Assembly (NCBI RefSeq): GCF_963921235.1
Contig: NC_086097.1
Span: 100,814,001-100,878,000, forward strand
Reading direction: 5' to 3'
Length of the DNA: 64,000 nucleotides
Source: Mobula hypostoma
Taxonomy: Eukaryota
The translations under genes were made by a program, and so were the position numbers. This document shows positions 11,052-23,560 of the stretch, piece by piece. The notes beneath the pieces were generated by a model. That model saw nothing but the letters and a program-made list of their open reading frames with translations, was not told the DNA's origin and ran no database searches. Numbering within the stretch: the stretch's first letter is position 1; the number at the start of each line of letters is the position of its first letter.

Positions 11052-11885
11052 TAGAAATATAGAAAACTTACAGCACAATACAGGCCCTTCAGCCCACAAT
11101 GCTGTGCCAAACATGTATTTACTTTAGAAATTACCAAGGGTTACCCATAGCCCTTTATTTTTCTAATCTCCATGTACCTATCCAGGAGTCTCTTAAAAGA
11201 CCCTATTGTATCTGCCTCCACCACTGTCGCCAGCAGCCCATTCCATGCATTCACCAATCTCTGCGTAAAAAACTTACCCCTGACATTTCCTCTGTACCTA
11301 CTTCCAAGCACCTTAAAACTGTGCCCTCTCGTGATAGCCATTTCAGCCCTGGGGAAAAGCCTCTGACTATCCACATGATCAATGCCTCTCATCATCTTGT
11401 ACACGTCTATCAGGTCACCTCCCATCCTCCATCGCTAAAGTTCACTCAAACTATTCTCGTAAGGCATGCTCCCCTATCCATGCAACATCCTTGTAAATCT
11501 CCCCTGCACTCTTTCTATAGATTCCACATCCTTCCTGTAGTGAGGTGACCAGAACTGAGCATAGTACTCCAAGTGGGGTCTGACCAGGGTCCTATATAGC
11601 TGTAACATTACCTCTCGGCTCTTAAATTCAATTCCATGGTTGATGAAGGCCAATACACCAAATGCCTTCTTAACCACAGAGTCAACCTGCGCAGCAGCTT
11701 TGAGTGTCCTATGGACCCCAAAATCCCTCTGATCCTCCACACTGCCAAGAGTCTTACCATTAATACTATATTCTGCCATCATACTTGAGCTACTAAAATT
11801 AACCACCTCACACTTATCTGGGTTGAATTCCATCTGCCATTTCTCAGCCCAGTTTTGCATCCTATCGATGTCCTGCTGTAACCAA
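11052..11885 (-). mobile_element. CR1 LINE 3' fragment
   Basis: WAEKWQMEFNPDKC, LVRPHLEY..QFWSP, GDLIDVYK; CR1 tail. Confidence 0.92.
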
Positions 11886-12704
11886 TCTTAGAATGCAGCC
11901 TTGCCTGGCAAGCTATGGATTTTTAACAGCCGTACCTAATTGCTATGAAATTGTGGTGGTCAATTTTCATGATATTGCATGGTGAGATTATTCTCAATGC
12001 TGGAAGCTGGAATTGTACATTTTTTGACCCAGCAACAAGAAAAACATAAGGATATATGTTTAAGTCAATATGAAGCAAGGTACAGAGATAGTAGTGTCTT
12101 CATGTGTCTGCTGCTCTTCCCTTCTGAACAGTAGAAACCTTAAAAAGTGGCTCTAACACATTTTGGAAATAAAACATACTGCAGCCATGAAATGTCGGGA
12201 ATAGAAGTGAGAATCAGAATAACAAAAATGGTTATTCACATAGAACATGCACCTTATTTTTACTCTCTCCACACATGTTGCTTGGCTCTTCAGTGTTTCC
12301 AGCATTTCTGATTTTATTGGAACTGAACTCATTCAGGCAAGTGAAGGCCATTCATCAGATTTCTGCTGTCTATTTAAAGTCACTTTCCCCAGGTCAGACA
12401 GAAGATCACAAGTGAAGCAACTGAAAATGACTTGGTCTATGATACTGTTCTGAGGAACTGCATGGGAGAGGTGAGAGGTGATTGGCCTCAAACAACCTTA
12501 ACTGTCTTCTTTAATTTTAAGTCTGACATCAGCCAAAAGAGCTTTCCTTTGATTCACAACTGCAAGTTACCATACTCAAAGAGCATCAAGGATAGACATT
12601 CCTGCATTCAACACAAAGGCTGCAAGAATATTTGAACTTAGTGAAATACAAACAGCTCACTAGTGAAATGGTTATAGGGAATATATACCACTTGAAGACA
12701 TTAT

Positions 12705-14096
12705 TGATAATTTCTATCCAAGGAGAACGTGGTAACCTGCCACAATGACTATTATCCAGTAGCACTTAATCCTCTGTGATGAAGTGCTTTGAGAGACTAG
12801 TCATGAAACAGATCAACTCCTGCCAGAGGAGCAACTAGGATCTGCTTCAATTTGCCCACCATCACAACAGGTCAACAGCAGATGCCATTTCATTGGCTCT
12901 TCACTCAGCCCTAGAACACCTGGACAGTGAAGATGCACCCATCAAGATGGTCTTCATTGACTACACCTCATCATCCAACAGTTTTATCCCCTCAAAGCTA
13001 ATCAATAAGCTCCAAAACCTTCTTTGTGCAACTGGATTCTTGATATTGTCATAATCAGTTTGGAAATGAAACATCTCCTCTACAATCAACATCAACACAG
13101 GTATAACACAAGGCTGTGTGCTTAGACCCCTGATCTACTCGCTTTATGTTTATGACTGTGAGGCCAAGTACAGCTCCAATGCCATATGTTGTCCAATGAC
13201 GACAACATTGTTATTGGGCCCAAATCAACGGTGGTGACAAGTCAGCATGTAGGAGGAAGATTGAAAATTTGGTTGAATGGTGCCACAACAACCTCTAACT
13301 CAACATTAGTAAAACCAAAGAGCTGATTATTGACTACAGGAGGAGAAAACTGGAGGTTTATAAGCTAGTTCTCATTAGAGGATCGGAGGTGGAGAGAGTC
13401 AAAAACTTTAAATTCCTTAATGTCATCATTTCAGAGGATCTGTCTTGGGACCAGCACAAAAAAGGCACAGCAGCACTTCTACTTTCTTAGAAATTTGTGC
13501 AGATTCGGTATTTCATTTAAAACTTTGACAAACTTCTGTAAATCCAAAGCAGAAATTATATTGACTGGTTAAATCGCAACTTGGTATGGAGAAAGAATGC
13601 CCAAGAAAGGAAAAGCCTACAAAGAGTAGTGGACATAGCCCAGACCATCATAGGAAAAGACCCACCCTAACATTGTGCACATATGCAAGGAGTGCTGCTA
13701 CAAGAAAGCAGCATCCATCATCAAGGAACTCCACCATCTAGGCCAGATTCTCTTCTCACTGCTGCCATCAGAAAGAGATCTATAGGAGCCTAAGGCACAC
13801 ACTAGCAGGTTCAGAAATAGTTATTACCATTTAACCATCAAGCTCCTGAACCAGTGTATAACTTCACTCAACTCATCACTGAACTGATACCACAACCAAT
13901 GGACTTGCTTTCAAAGACTCCACAACTCAGTTTTATTTATTTATTATTTATTATTTTTGTATTTGCGCAATTTATCCTTTTCTGCGCATTGGTTGTTTGT
14001 CAGTCTTGTTCGTGTGTAGTTTTTTACTGATTCGATTGTATTTCTTGTTCTACTGTGAATGCCTGCAAGAAAATGGATCTCAGGGTAGTATATGGT
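12705..14096 (+). mobile_element. Rex1/Babar-type LINE, decayed; tail resumes at about 18298-18330
   Basis: PVAL...MKCFERLV, LQFA, QGCVL.PL.YSLY and SKTKELIIDYRR motifs; tail split at TATATGGT|GACATAGACGTACTTTGATAATAAA. Confidence 0.8.
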
Positions 14097-14713
14097 TCAA
14101 AGTATATTTATTATCAAAGTATGTATGCTCTATACTACTTTGAGGTTCATTTTTCTTACAGGCAGCCACAAACCAAAGACACCCAATAGAACCCATTAAA
14201 AAGACCATCAAACGCCCAATGTGCAGGAATAAAAACAAATTGAGCAAACAATAAAAGTAAGCAAATAACATTCAGAACTGAAGATCACGAAAGAGAGTCC
14301 ACAGTCACAAAGCCAGTCAGAACCTATCCAGTAGGCTGTTGGTTGCAGGCCACAGCCTCAGTTCAGCGCAGACGAGTAAACCTCGCAAGCAGCAAGCTGA
14401 ACACCAGTCTCCCCATCTCCTCCAGCCCTGACATCCTGACCTTTCCAATCTGGTCCAGTGCTTTAATTAGCTGAACAGCGGGCTGTTCCTCACTCTCAGA
14501 CCCAGGCCTTGCTGCTTCGATATGCTCTCATGCCTGGGACCTGTGGCCTCGATTCAGCCCATACCCAATCTTTCTAATTTGACCTGGAGCTTAAATCGGT
14601 CAAACACCGATTTACATAGAAACATAGAAACATAGAAAATAGGTGCAGGAGTAGGCCATTCGGCCCTTCGAGCCTGCACCGCCATTTATTATGATCATGG
14701 CTGATCATCCAAC

Positions 14714-17713
14714 TCAGAACCCAGCCTTCCCTCCATACCCCCTGACCCCTGTAGCCACAAGGGCCATATCTAACTTCCTTTTAAACATAGCTAATGAACT
14801 GGCCTCAACAGTTTGCTGTGGCAGAGAATTCCACAGATTCACCACTCTCTGTGTGAAGAAGTTTTTCCTAACCTCGGTCCTAAAAGGCTTCCCCTCTATC
14901 CTCAAACTGTGACCCCTCGTTCTAGACCTCCCCAACATCGGAAACAATCTTCCCGCATCTAGCCTGTCCAATCCCTTTAGGATCTTATACGTTTCAATCA
15001 GATCCCCCCTCAATCTTCTAAATTCCAACGAGTACAAGCCCAGTTCATCCAGTCTTTCTTCATATGAAAGACCTGCCATCCCAGGAATCAATCTGGTGAA
15101 CCTTCTTTGTACTCCCTCTATGGCAAAGATGTCTTTCCTCAGATTAGGGGACCAAAACTGCACACAATACTCCAGGTGTGGTCTCACCAAGGCCTTGTAC
15201 AACTGCAGTAGTACCTCCCTGCTCCTGTACTCGAATCCTCTCGCTATAAATGCCAGCATACCGTTCGCCTTTTTCACCGCCTGCTGTACCTGCATGCCCA
15301 CTTTCAATGACTGGTGTATAATGACACCCAGGTCTCGTTGCACCTCCCCTTTTCCTAATCGGCCACCATTCAGATAATAATCTGTTTTCCTATTTTTGCC
15401 ACCAAAGTGGATAACTTCACATTTATCCACATTAAATTGCATCTGCCATGAGTTTGCCCACTCACCCAACCTATCCAAGTCACCCTGCATCCTCTTAGTA
15501 TCCTCCTCACTGCTAACACTGCCACCCAGCTTTGTGTCATCCGCAAACTTGGAGATGCTGCATTTAATTCCCTCATCCAAGTCATTAATATATATTGTAA
15601 ACAACTGAGGTCCCAGCACTGAGCCTTGCGGTACCCCACTAGTCACCGCCTGCCATTCTGAAAAGGTCCCGTTTATTCCCACTCTTTGCTTCCTGTCTGC
15701 TAACCAATTCTCCACCCACACCAATACCTTACCCCCAATACCGTGTGCTTTAAGTTTGCACACTAATCTCCTGTGTGGGACCTTGTCAAAAGCCTTTTGA
15801 AAATCCAAATATACCACATCCACTGGTTCTCCCCTATCCACTCTACTAGTTACATCCTCAAAAAATTCTATGAGATTCGTCAGACATGATTTTCCTTTCA
15901 CAAATCCATGCTGACTTTGTCCGATCATTTCACCGCTTTCCAAATGTGCTGTTATCACATCCTTGATAACTGACTCCAGCAGTTTCCCCACCACCGACGT
16001 TAGGCTAACCGGCCTATAATTCCCCGGTTTCTCTCTCTCTCCTTTTTTAAAAAGTGGGGTTACATTAGCCACCCTCCAATCCTCAGGAACTAGTCCAGAA
16101 TCTAACGAGTTTTGAAAAATTATTACTAATGCATCCACTATTTCTTGGGCCACTTCCTTAAGCACTCTGGGATGCAGACCATCTGGCCCCGGGGATTTAT
16201 CTGCCTTCAATCCCTTCAATTTACCTAACACCACTTCCCTACTAACATGTATTTCGCTCAGTTCCTCCATCTCACTGGACCCTCTGTCCCTTACTATTTC
16301 TGGAAGATTATTTATGTCCTCCTTAGTGAAGACAGAACCAAAGTAATTATTCAATTGGTCTGCCATGTCCTTGCTCCCCATAATCAATTCACCTGTTTCT
16401 GTTTGCAGGGGACCTACATTTGTCTTTATCAGTCTTTTCCTTTTTACATATCTATAAAAGCTTTTACAGTCCGTTTTTATGTTCTCTGCCAGTTTTCTCT
16501 CATAATCTTTTTTCCCCTTCCTAATTAAGCCCTTTGTCCTCCTCTGCTGAACTCTGAATTTCTCCCAGTCCTCAGGTGAGCCACTTTCTCTGGCTAATTT
16601 GTATGCTACTTCTTTGGAATTGATACTATCCCTAATTTCTCTTGTCAGCCACGGGTGCACTACCTTCCTTGATTTATTCTTTTGCCAAACTGGGATGAAC
16701 AATTGTTGTAGTTCATCCATGCAACCTTTAAATGCCTGCCATTGCATATCCACCGTCAATCCTTGAAGTGTCATTTGCCAGTCTATCTTAGCTAATTCAC
16801 GTCTCATACCTTCAAAGTTACCCCTCTTTAAGTTCAGAACCTTTGTTTCTGAATTAACTACGTCACTCTCCATGTTAATGAAGAATTCCACCATATTATG
16901 GTCACTCTTACCCAAGGGGCCTCTCACAACAAGATCGCTAATTAACCCTTCCTCATTGCTCAAAACCCAGTCCAGAATAGCCTGCTCTCTAGTCGGTTCC
17001 TCGACATGTTGGTTCAAAAAACCATCCCGCATACATTCCAAGAAATCCTCTTCCTCAGCACCTTTACCAATTTGGTTCACCCAGTCTACATGTAGATTGA
17101 AGTCACCCATTATAACTGCTGTTCCTTTATTGCACACATTTCTAATTTCCTGTTTAATACCATCTCCGACCTCACTACTACTGTTAGGTGGCCTGTACAC
17201 AACTCCCACCAGCGTCTTCTGCCCCTTAGTGTTACGCAGCTCTACCCATATCGATTCCACATCTTCCCGGCTTATGTCCTTCCTTTCTATTGCGTTAATC
17301 TCTTTTTTAACCAGCAACGCCACCCCACCTCCCCTTCCTTCATGTCTATCCCTCCTGAATATTGAATATCCCTGAACGTTGAGCTCCCATCCCTGGTCAC
17401 CCTGGAGCCATGTCTCTGTGATCCCAACTATATCATAATCATTAATAACAATCTGCACTTTCAATTCATCCACCTTATTACGAATGCTCCTTGCATTGAC
17501 ACATAAAGCCTTCAGGCGCTCTTTTACAACTCTCTTAGCCCTTTTTAATGCTTGCCCTGGATTTGTCGGCCTGCCACTTTTACTTTTCCCCTTTGTACTT
17601 TTTGCTTCTACGCTCACTTTACACCCCTCTGTCTCTCTGCACTGGTTCCCATCCCTCTGTTGTGAACTAACCTCCTCAAACCTAGCCGCTTTAATTTGAT
17701 TCCCACCCCCCAA
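14714..17713 (-). CDS. CR1 ORF2: APE endonuclease plus reverse transcriptase, uninterrupted 999 codons (first codon called by the track is TTG)
   Basis: NARSI, GITETWL, YRPP, GDFN, SDH (EN); SPGPDG, YRPVSLTS, LDFQKAFD, GVPQGSVLGP, FADD (RT). Confidence 0.95.
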   Translation of the reverse strand: MGGGNQIKAARFEEVSSQQRDGNQCRETEGCKVSVEAKSTKGKSKSGRPTNPGQALKRAKRVVKERLKALCVNARSIRNKVDELKVQIVINDYDIVGITETWLQGDQGWELNVQGYSIFRRDRHEGRGGGVALLVKKEINAIERKDISREDVESIWVELRNTKGQKTLVGVVYRPPNSSSEVGDGIKQEIRNVCNKGTAVIMGDFNLHVDWVNQIGKGAEEEDFLECMRDGFLNQHVEEPTREQAILDWVLSNEEGLISDLVVRGPLGKSDHNMVEFFINMESDVVNSETKVLNLKRGNFEGMRRELAKIDWQMTLQGLTVDMQWQAFKGCMDELQQLFIPVWQKNKSRKVVHPWLTREIRDSINSKEVAYKLARESGSPEDWEKFRVQQRRTKGLIRKGKKDYERKLAENIKTDCKSFYRYVKRKRLIKTNVGPLQTETGELIMGSKDMADQLNNYFGSVFTKEDINNLPEIVRDRGSSEMEELSEIHVSREVVLGKLKGLKADKSPGPDGLHPRVLKEVAQEIVDALVIIFQNSLDSGLVPEDWRVANVTPLFKKGEREKPGNYRPVSLTSVVGKLLESVIKDVITAHLESGEMIGQSQHGFVKGKSCLTNLIEFFEDVTSRVDRGEPVDVVYLDFQKAFDKVPHRRLVCKLKAHGIGGKVLVWVENWLADRKQRVGINGTFSEWQAVTSGVPQGSVLGPQLFTIYINDLDEGIKCSISKFADDTKLGGSVSSEEDTKRMQGDLDRLGEWANSWQMQFNVDKCEVIHFGGKNRKTDYYLNGGRLGKGEVQRDLGVIIHQSLKVGMQVQQAVKKANGMLAFIARGFEYRSREVLLQLYKALVRPHLEYCVQFWSPNLRKDIFAIEGVQRRFTRLIPGMAGLSYEERLDELGLYSLEFRRLRGDLIETYKILKGLDRLDAGRLFPMLGRSRTRGHSLRIEGKPFRTEVRKNFFTQRVVNLWNSLPQQTVEASSLAMFKRKLDMALVATGVRGYGGKAGF

Positions 17714-17718
17714 CCATT

Positions 17719-17900
17719 CTAGTTTAAAGTCACCTCAGTAGCCCCCGCTAATCTCCCTGCCAGGATATTGGTCCCCCTAGGATTTAAGTGTAACCCGTCC
17801 TTTTTGTACAGGTCACACCTGCGCCAAAAGAGGTCCCAATGATCCAAAAACTTGAATCCCTGCCCCCTGCTCCAATCCCTCAGCCACGCATTTATCCTCC
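17719..17900 (-). CDS. CR1 ORF1 C-terminal fragment (SGNH/GDSL esterase-like)
   Basis: RINAWLRDWSRGQGFKFLDHWDLFWRRCDLYKKDGLHLNPRGTNILAGRLAGATEVTLN*; DxxH motif. Confidence 0.88.
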
Positions 17901-18404
17901 AACTTGTTTCTCACTCTCGGGCCTGGGCCCTGCTGCCTCAACTCTGCCTTACCACAGCTCACCTCGCCTCACTTCTGCTGCTTTGGATCACCTCCAAGTC
18001 CACTCCAGCAATGTTCAAACATTGGGTTGTTCCCTGCTCTCAGACCCAGGCCCCCTGCCTTGATTTGGCTCATATACACCACGCAGAAACATCCTGCACT
18101 TTTGAGACTTCAGTTTTTGCTCAAAAATGCTCAGTTGTACAGGTGGTTCAAAAGCTTAACTCCAAGACAGAAGTGACAGGCTATTGATTGCAGTGATCAT
18201 TTTTGAGAAAAAGTGTGTTAATAATGTAGTTAGTAGTTTTTTTTGTTGCCAGCAAGTCGTTGCTGTGCTTCACCAGTGCCATCTTAAACCAGTGACTGGT
18301 GACATAGACGTACTTTGATAATAAATCAAAGTAAACATCCTAACAGCTAAACATCCTCCATCACAACGGTCTGGCTAAGGAGCTTAAACCCGGAACATTA
18401 GCTC

Positions 18405-21400
18405 TACTCTCAGTGGCCAGTTTATTAGGTGACCTTTACACCTGCTCATTAATGCAAGTATCTAATCAGCCAATCAAGAGGCAGCAACTCCATACATAAA
18501 AGCATACAGACATAGTCAAGTGGTTCAGTTGTTCAGATCAAACATCAGAATGGGGAAGAAATGTGATCCAAGTGATTTTAACCGTGGAATGATTGTTGGT
18601 GCCAGACGGGGTGGTTTGAGTATCTCAGAAACTGCTGATCTCCTATGGTTTTTATGCACAATATCTAGAGCAAAGATGATCAGACTAGCAACCTGGTAAA
18701 CTAGACAACATCAAACAAGAAATGGAAAGGTTAAAGATCAACATCTTGGGAATGTGCGAGATGAGGTGGAAAAGAGCTGGTAAAACAAGCTCAGAGGGAT
18801 ATACCACCATTTACTCAGGAGGAGAAACACATGAAAAAGGTGTTGGAATTATGTTAGATGAAGAACATGCAAAATCAATAAAGGGCTATTGGACAATATA
18901 AGATCCAATGTTACTTGTGAAACTACATGCAAAACCTTTTGACATTAACATTGTTCAAGTTTATGCCCCAACAGCAGACAGCAGTGAAGAAAGCATCGAT
19001 CAATTTTATGACAAACTAGAAACAGCATTAAGTAAAAGCTCAGAAAATACCATTATTCAAGGTGACTTCAATGCAAGAGTAGGCAAGACCAGGGACGAGG
19101 ACAATATTGGGCATTATGGCATAGGTGAGAGAAATGAGAGAGGTGAACGACTAGCTACATGGGTGACAGAAAAAGATTATATAATTGGTAATACCATCTT
19201 CAGGCAACACCCGAGAAAACTATAGACATGGAAGAGCCCAGGGGATAACACCAGAAACCAGATTGATTACGTGCTTATAAGGAGAAGGTATAGAAATGCT
19301 CTGAAATCATGCAAAACATATCCGGGTGCAGACTGCTACAGTGATCACGTACCAATAATCAGCGTGATGTACCTGAGATGCAGAATGCTTAAAAGACCAA
19401 GAGTAGTGCCAAAGCTGAATTTGGGACTTTGGAGAAAAAACAGTGACATCAAAAATGAATTCCAAATAACTGTGAAGAACAAATTCGAGGCTCTACAAAA
19501 CATCACTATTATTTAACAGCAATGGGAAAACCTCAGATAACATAACACAAGCAGCACAAGAGGTGATTCCCAAACAACAGAAAAAAGCTGAAAAGAAATG
19601 GATGACAGAAGAAATTCTGAATCTTAAGGAACAAAGAAGAAAATGTAAGGAAAATGAAAAAACCTACGTATCCTTGCATGCACAGATAACAACCAAGTGC
19701 AAGGAAGCAAAAGAAAAGTGGCTTAAGGACAAATGTGAGTTAATAGAACAATTGCAGAAGACCAACAACAGCAAACGTATGCACGGTGAGACAAAAAAGG
19801 TCATAAATTGGAAGAAAAGTGGGGCAACAACAGGATGTATAAAAGCAAAAGACGGCTCTACAACTATGGAAAAAGGAAAAATAATGCAAAGATGGTCAGA
19901 ATACATCAAGGACCTATACGACGACAAAGACCAAGAGGACAACTTTGATATTGGCAACAACAACAAGGGCCCAGCAATACTGAAAGAAGAAGTGAAATAT
20001 GCTATAAAGAAAATGTGAAAGGGGAAATCATCAGGACCAGATAACATTCTGGTTGAACTGTATGAAGTGCTAGAAGATTTTGGTGTAGAGAAATTAACAA
20101 TCTTATTGAATAGAATATACAACGGTGGCAAAGTATCAGAAGATCTTTTAAAGACAATATGCATTGCACTGCCAAAGAAACCAGGTGCAACAGAGTGTGG
20201 ACAACACAGAACAATTAGTTTAATGAGCCACCTCACAAAAATTCTACTTAGAAACATCATGCTCAGAATAAGAAACAAAATTAAACCAGAGATCAGTGAA
20301 GAACAATGCGGCTTTGTCGAAGGCAAGGGAACATCAAACGCCACTTATATTCTCAAAGGTCAATAGAAGTACAAGACCTATACTTCTGTTTCATTGACTA
20401 CACAAAAGCCTTTGACACAGGGAAACACCAAGTCATCGTGAAAATGCTTAAAGACATTAATATCGACGGAAAAGATCTAAGAATAATCAGGATTCTCTAC
20501 TGGCAACAAAGTGCAGCCATACAGATAGACAACAAGATTGGTGAATATCAGCCAATAAAGCGAGGAGTCAGACAGGGTTGTATTCTATCACCAGACCTGT
20601 TCTCCCTGTATTCATGAGAACCATACAAGACCAACCTGGAATAAGTATAGGAGGATATAATATCAACAACCTCCGCTATGCAGATGATACAGTACTGATA
20701 GCAAACAGTGAAGTAAATTTACAGAAACTAGTATCTACCATCAACTCAGAAAACAAAAGACTTGGCCTAACCTTAAACAAAAAGAAAACTGAAGTAATGG
20801 TAATATCAAAGAAACCTGATATCCCAAGCTGTAGGATCGTATTGGGAAATGAAATCCTGAAACAAGTTCACAACTTCAAGTACCTTGGATCGTGGGTAAC
20901 ATCTGATGGCAAATGCGAAACAGATATAAAAGCAAGAATAGCAATGGCAAGAACAACATTTACAGAAATGAGAAACATCCTAACAAACAAGAAAATAGCA
21001 ATTGACATCTGTCTTAGAACTCTTAGCTGCTACATTCTTCCTATATTGATGTATGGCTGCGAGTCATGGACCATCACAAATGCAATGAAAAGAAGAATCA
21101 TGCAGCAGAGATGTGGTTCCTCAGAAAAATGCTATGCATATCATATAAGGGCAGGATAACCAATGAAGAAGTTCTACAGAGAACGAAAACAAAACGTACA
21201 TTACTTTAAAAAAAAAATCAGAAAACAGCAATCAAAATTCTTTGGACACATCATGAGAAGAGAGACATCAGAACATTTAGTTACAAGCTGGAAGGGAAAA
21301 GAAGCAGAGGCAGACAGAGAATGAAAGTGATAGATGGAATAACAGCATGGTTAGAAACAAGGGAGGCAACAACTACAATTCGGAGGGTCAGGGACCGTGA

Positions 21401-21650
21401 TGGATGGAGAGACATGATCGCCCATGTCGAATGGCAAGGCACCTGAATGAATGATCTAGAGTTTACAAAAAAAAACATCCAGTGAGTGGGTTTGTGGGCA
21501 AACACACCTTGTTCATGAAAGGGTTCAAGCTGACAAGGTGGCAACAGTAACCCAACTAACCACGTGGTGTGCAGAAGAGCATCTCTGAACGCACAACATG
21601 TCAAAACTTGAAGTGGATGGGCTACAGCAGCAGAACTATGAACATGCACT
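18405..21650 (+). mobile_element. Tc1-like element (transposase N-terminal part) split by the RTE insertion
   Basis: MGKKCDPSDFNRGMIVGARRGGLSISETADLL from 18550, continuing after 21461; CAGTGGCCAGTTTATTAGGT-type terminus. Confidence 0.8.
18671..21453 (+). mobile_element. RTE-clade LINE, near full ORF with stops and frameshifts
   Basis: VQVYAPT, GDFNA, NERGERL, SDH, FIDYTKAFD, GVRQGCILSP, LRYADD; (TGAA)n tail; TSD ATCTAGAG (18663-18670, 21454-21461). Confidence 0.93.
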
Positions 21651-22037
21651 CAGTAGATACGGAGTGTGCTTCCCTTTCCACACTTGCTGCATGAACTTGT
21701 TAGTGTTTTTGGCACTTTGTTTTTATTTTAACATTACACCAATCTCCAAGGCCCATAGCTATAATTACCCATTTCTTGATGATGTGCAAGTTAATTTGAT
21801 TGAAGTCTATAAGAGCCCTGGAAGTAGAGGTTAATTTGTTCCCTTAGCATTACTGGCTAAAGATCATTTTTAAACATTGCCATTCTTTTTACAATATTTT
21901 ACCTATGATTAAAGAATTCAATCTCAAAAAATCACAAGCCTGAGATATTATGATCCTTAAAATTAAACTGTAAGATTAACCAGAGATTGATCATGACATT
22001 TTAGAATATACTGCCTTTGTACTGCTTAAAAACTAAC

Positions 22038-22090
22038 CTTTTCTCTTCTGAAAGCCAAGCTCATTTTCCACAGAAAAATCTTCTTGAAAC
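22038..22090 (-). CDS. CCDC9B: CCDC9-family internal exon, 53 nt ((M)FQEDFSVENELGFQKRK)
   Basis: ttttttaaaccag|G...AAAG|gttagt; first G completes the split ATG of exon 31127-31311 to give EDM-F as in the CCDC9 KTDGMF motif; paralog choice uncertain. Confidence 0.75.
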
Positions 22091-22354
22091 CTGGTTTAAA
22101 AAATGCAGTCATTATTGTATGTACACTCCACACTTTCAACACTTCCATATGAATGGTCATTGTTGACTCTGCACCTGGAAAGGAATCCAATGGCACAGTT
22201 CTGTGTATAAATGAGATTAGATAATACCAAATTCAGTTCTCAATTTTGGTGAAATTTCAGCATTAAAACATTGTTCATTTTATTCAGATCAAAATATTCG
22301 AAACAATGAAAGAAAATTAATAGTTGCAAGATACTTAGGTTTTAAATGAGCTTC

Positions 22355-22625
22355 ATAAAGGTATCAAATTACAATACCTCACACTTGTCTGCATTAAATT
22401 CCATCTGCCATTTTCAGCCCATTTTTCCAGCTGGTCCAGCCTTCCACGACGCACCCAATCTTGGTGTAATCTGCATATTTGCTGATGCATTTTACTACAT
22501 TTCCATCCAGATCGTTGATATAGATGACAAACAATAACGGATCCCTGTGGCATATCACTAGTCATATGCATCATCTACTACCACTCTCTGGCTTCCCTCA
22601 CAAAGCCACTGTCAAATCCAGTTTA
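22355..22625 (-). mobile_element. Decayed CR1 fragment
   Basis: TSDMPQGS and EKWAE..WNL remnants. Confidence 0.65.
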
Positions 22626-22689
22626 CTTCTCCTCCACAATCACCATCAGTTCAAGTCCACCGCAAGTCTGTGTCATCAGTTCCCTACTC

Positions 22690-23560
22690 TACTGGATTTA
22701 TACTTATGACTGTGAGGGTAAGTACAGCTCCAATGTTATATTTAAGTTTGCTGATGATGCCTTTGTTGTAGGCTGAATCAAAAGTGGTGACAAATCAGCA
22801 TAAAGGAGAAAAATTGAAAATATGGTTGAATAGTGCCACAAAAAATACCTCTCACTCAATATCAGCAACACCAAAGAGCTGATTATCATCTACAGGAAGA
22901 CGAAACCAGAGATTCATGAGCCAGTCCTCAGAGGTGGCAAAGGTCAGCAATTTTTGATTCCTTGGTGTTATCATTGCTGAGGACCTGTTCTGGATCTAGC
23001 TTGTAAAAGTGCCGTTACAAAGGCGGCAAAGTAGCACTTTTACTTTCTTAGAAGTTTGTAAAGACTCAGCATGTCATTTAAAACTCTGACAAACTTCTAT
23101 AGATGTGTGCTGGAGAGTATGCTGACTGGTTACATCATGGCCTGGTACGGGGCTTTGAATAGGAAAAGCTACAGAAAGTAGTAGATATAGCCCTGTGCAT
23201 CAGAAGTTAAGCCCTTCCCAGCACTGAGCACATCAAACAGAAGCACTGTCATAGGAAAGCAGCGTCCACCATCAAGGAGCCCGACGATCCAGGCCACGCT
23301 TTCTTTTCGCTGCAGCCATCACAAAGATGGTACAGGGAGCCTCAAGTCCCACACCAGTTTCAGGTACAGTTATTACACCTCAACATTCAGGCTCTTGAAC
23401 CAGAGGGGATACCTTTACTCATCATAACACTGAACTGATTTCACAACTTATTGACTCACTTTTAAGGACTCTACAACTTGTGTTCTTGATATATTTACTT
23501 ATTTACGATTACTATTGTTTTTTCTTTTTTGTATTCACATTGTTTTTTGTCTTTGCACAT
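22690..23560 (+). mobile_element. Rex1/Babar-type LINE 3' part
   Basis: KFADD, NISNTKELII and the Rex-type 3' region shared with 4.0-4.9 kb and 13.2-14.0 kb. Confidence 0.78.

Larger units (their letters stand above)
14614..17900 (-). mobile_element. Young CR1 LINE, 5'-truncated within ORF1
   Basis: Open ORF2, ORF1 C-terminus, 3' UTR and (TTTCTATG)3 tail. Confidence 0.97.
14097..18290 (-). mobile_element. Non-coding Rex-tail element (AAGATGGC head), interrupted by the CR1 at 14614-17900
   Basis: Minus 5' end AAGATGGCAC near 18285; 3' end ACTTTGATAATAAATATACTTTGA; degenerate internal units (CTCTCAGACCCAGG) on both sides of the CR1. Confidence 0.65.

Noticed and set aside
12060..12138. Alternative phase-2 exon (ag|GTTTCTACTG...) for the CCDC9-family gene
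   Set aside because: No convincing donor before the stop; 22038-22090 has better splice sites and phase fit
15096..17699. Plus-strand ORFs antisense to CR1 ORF2, and similar shadow ORFs across other LINEs
   Set aside because: Expected by-products of an open opposite strand; no independent motifs
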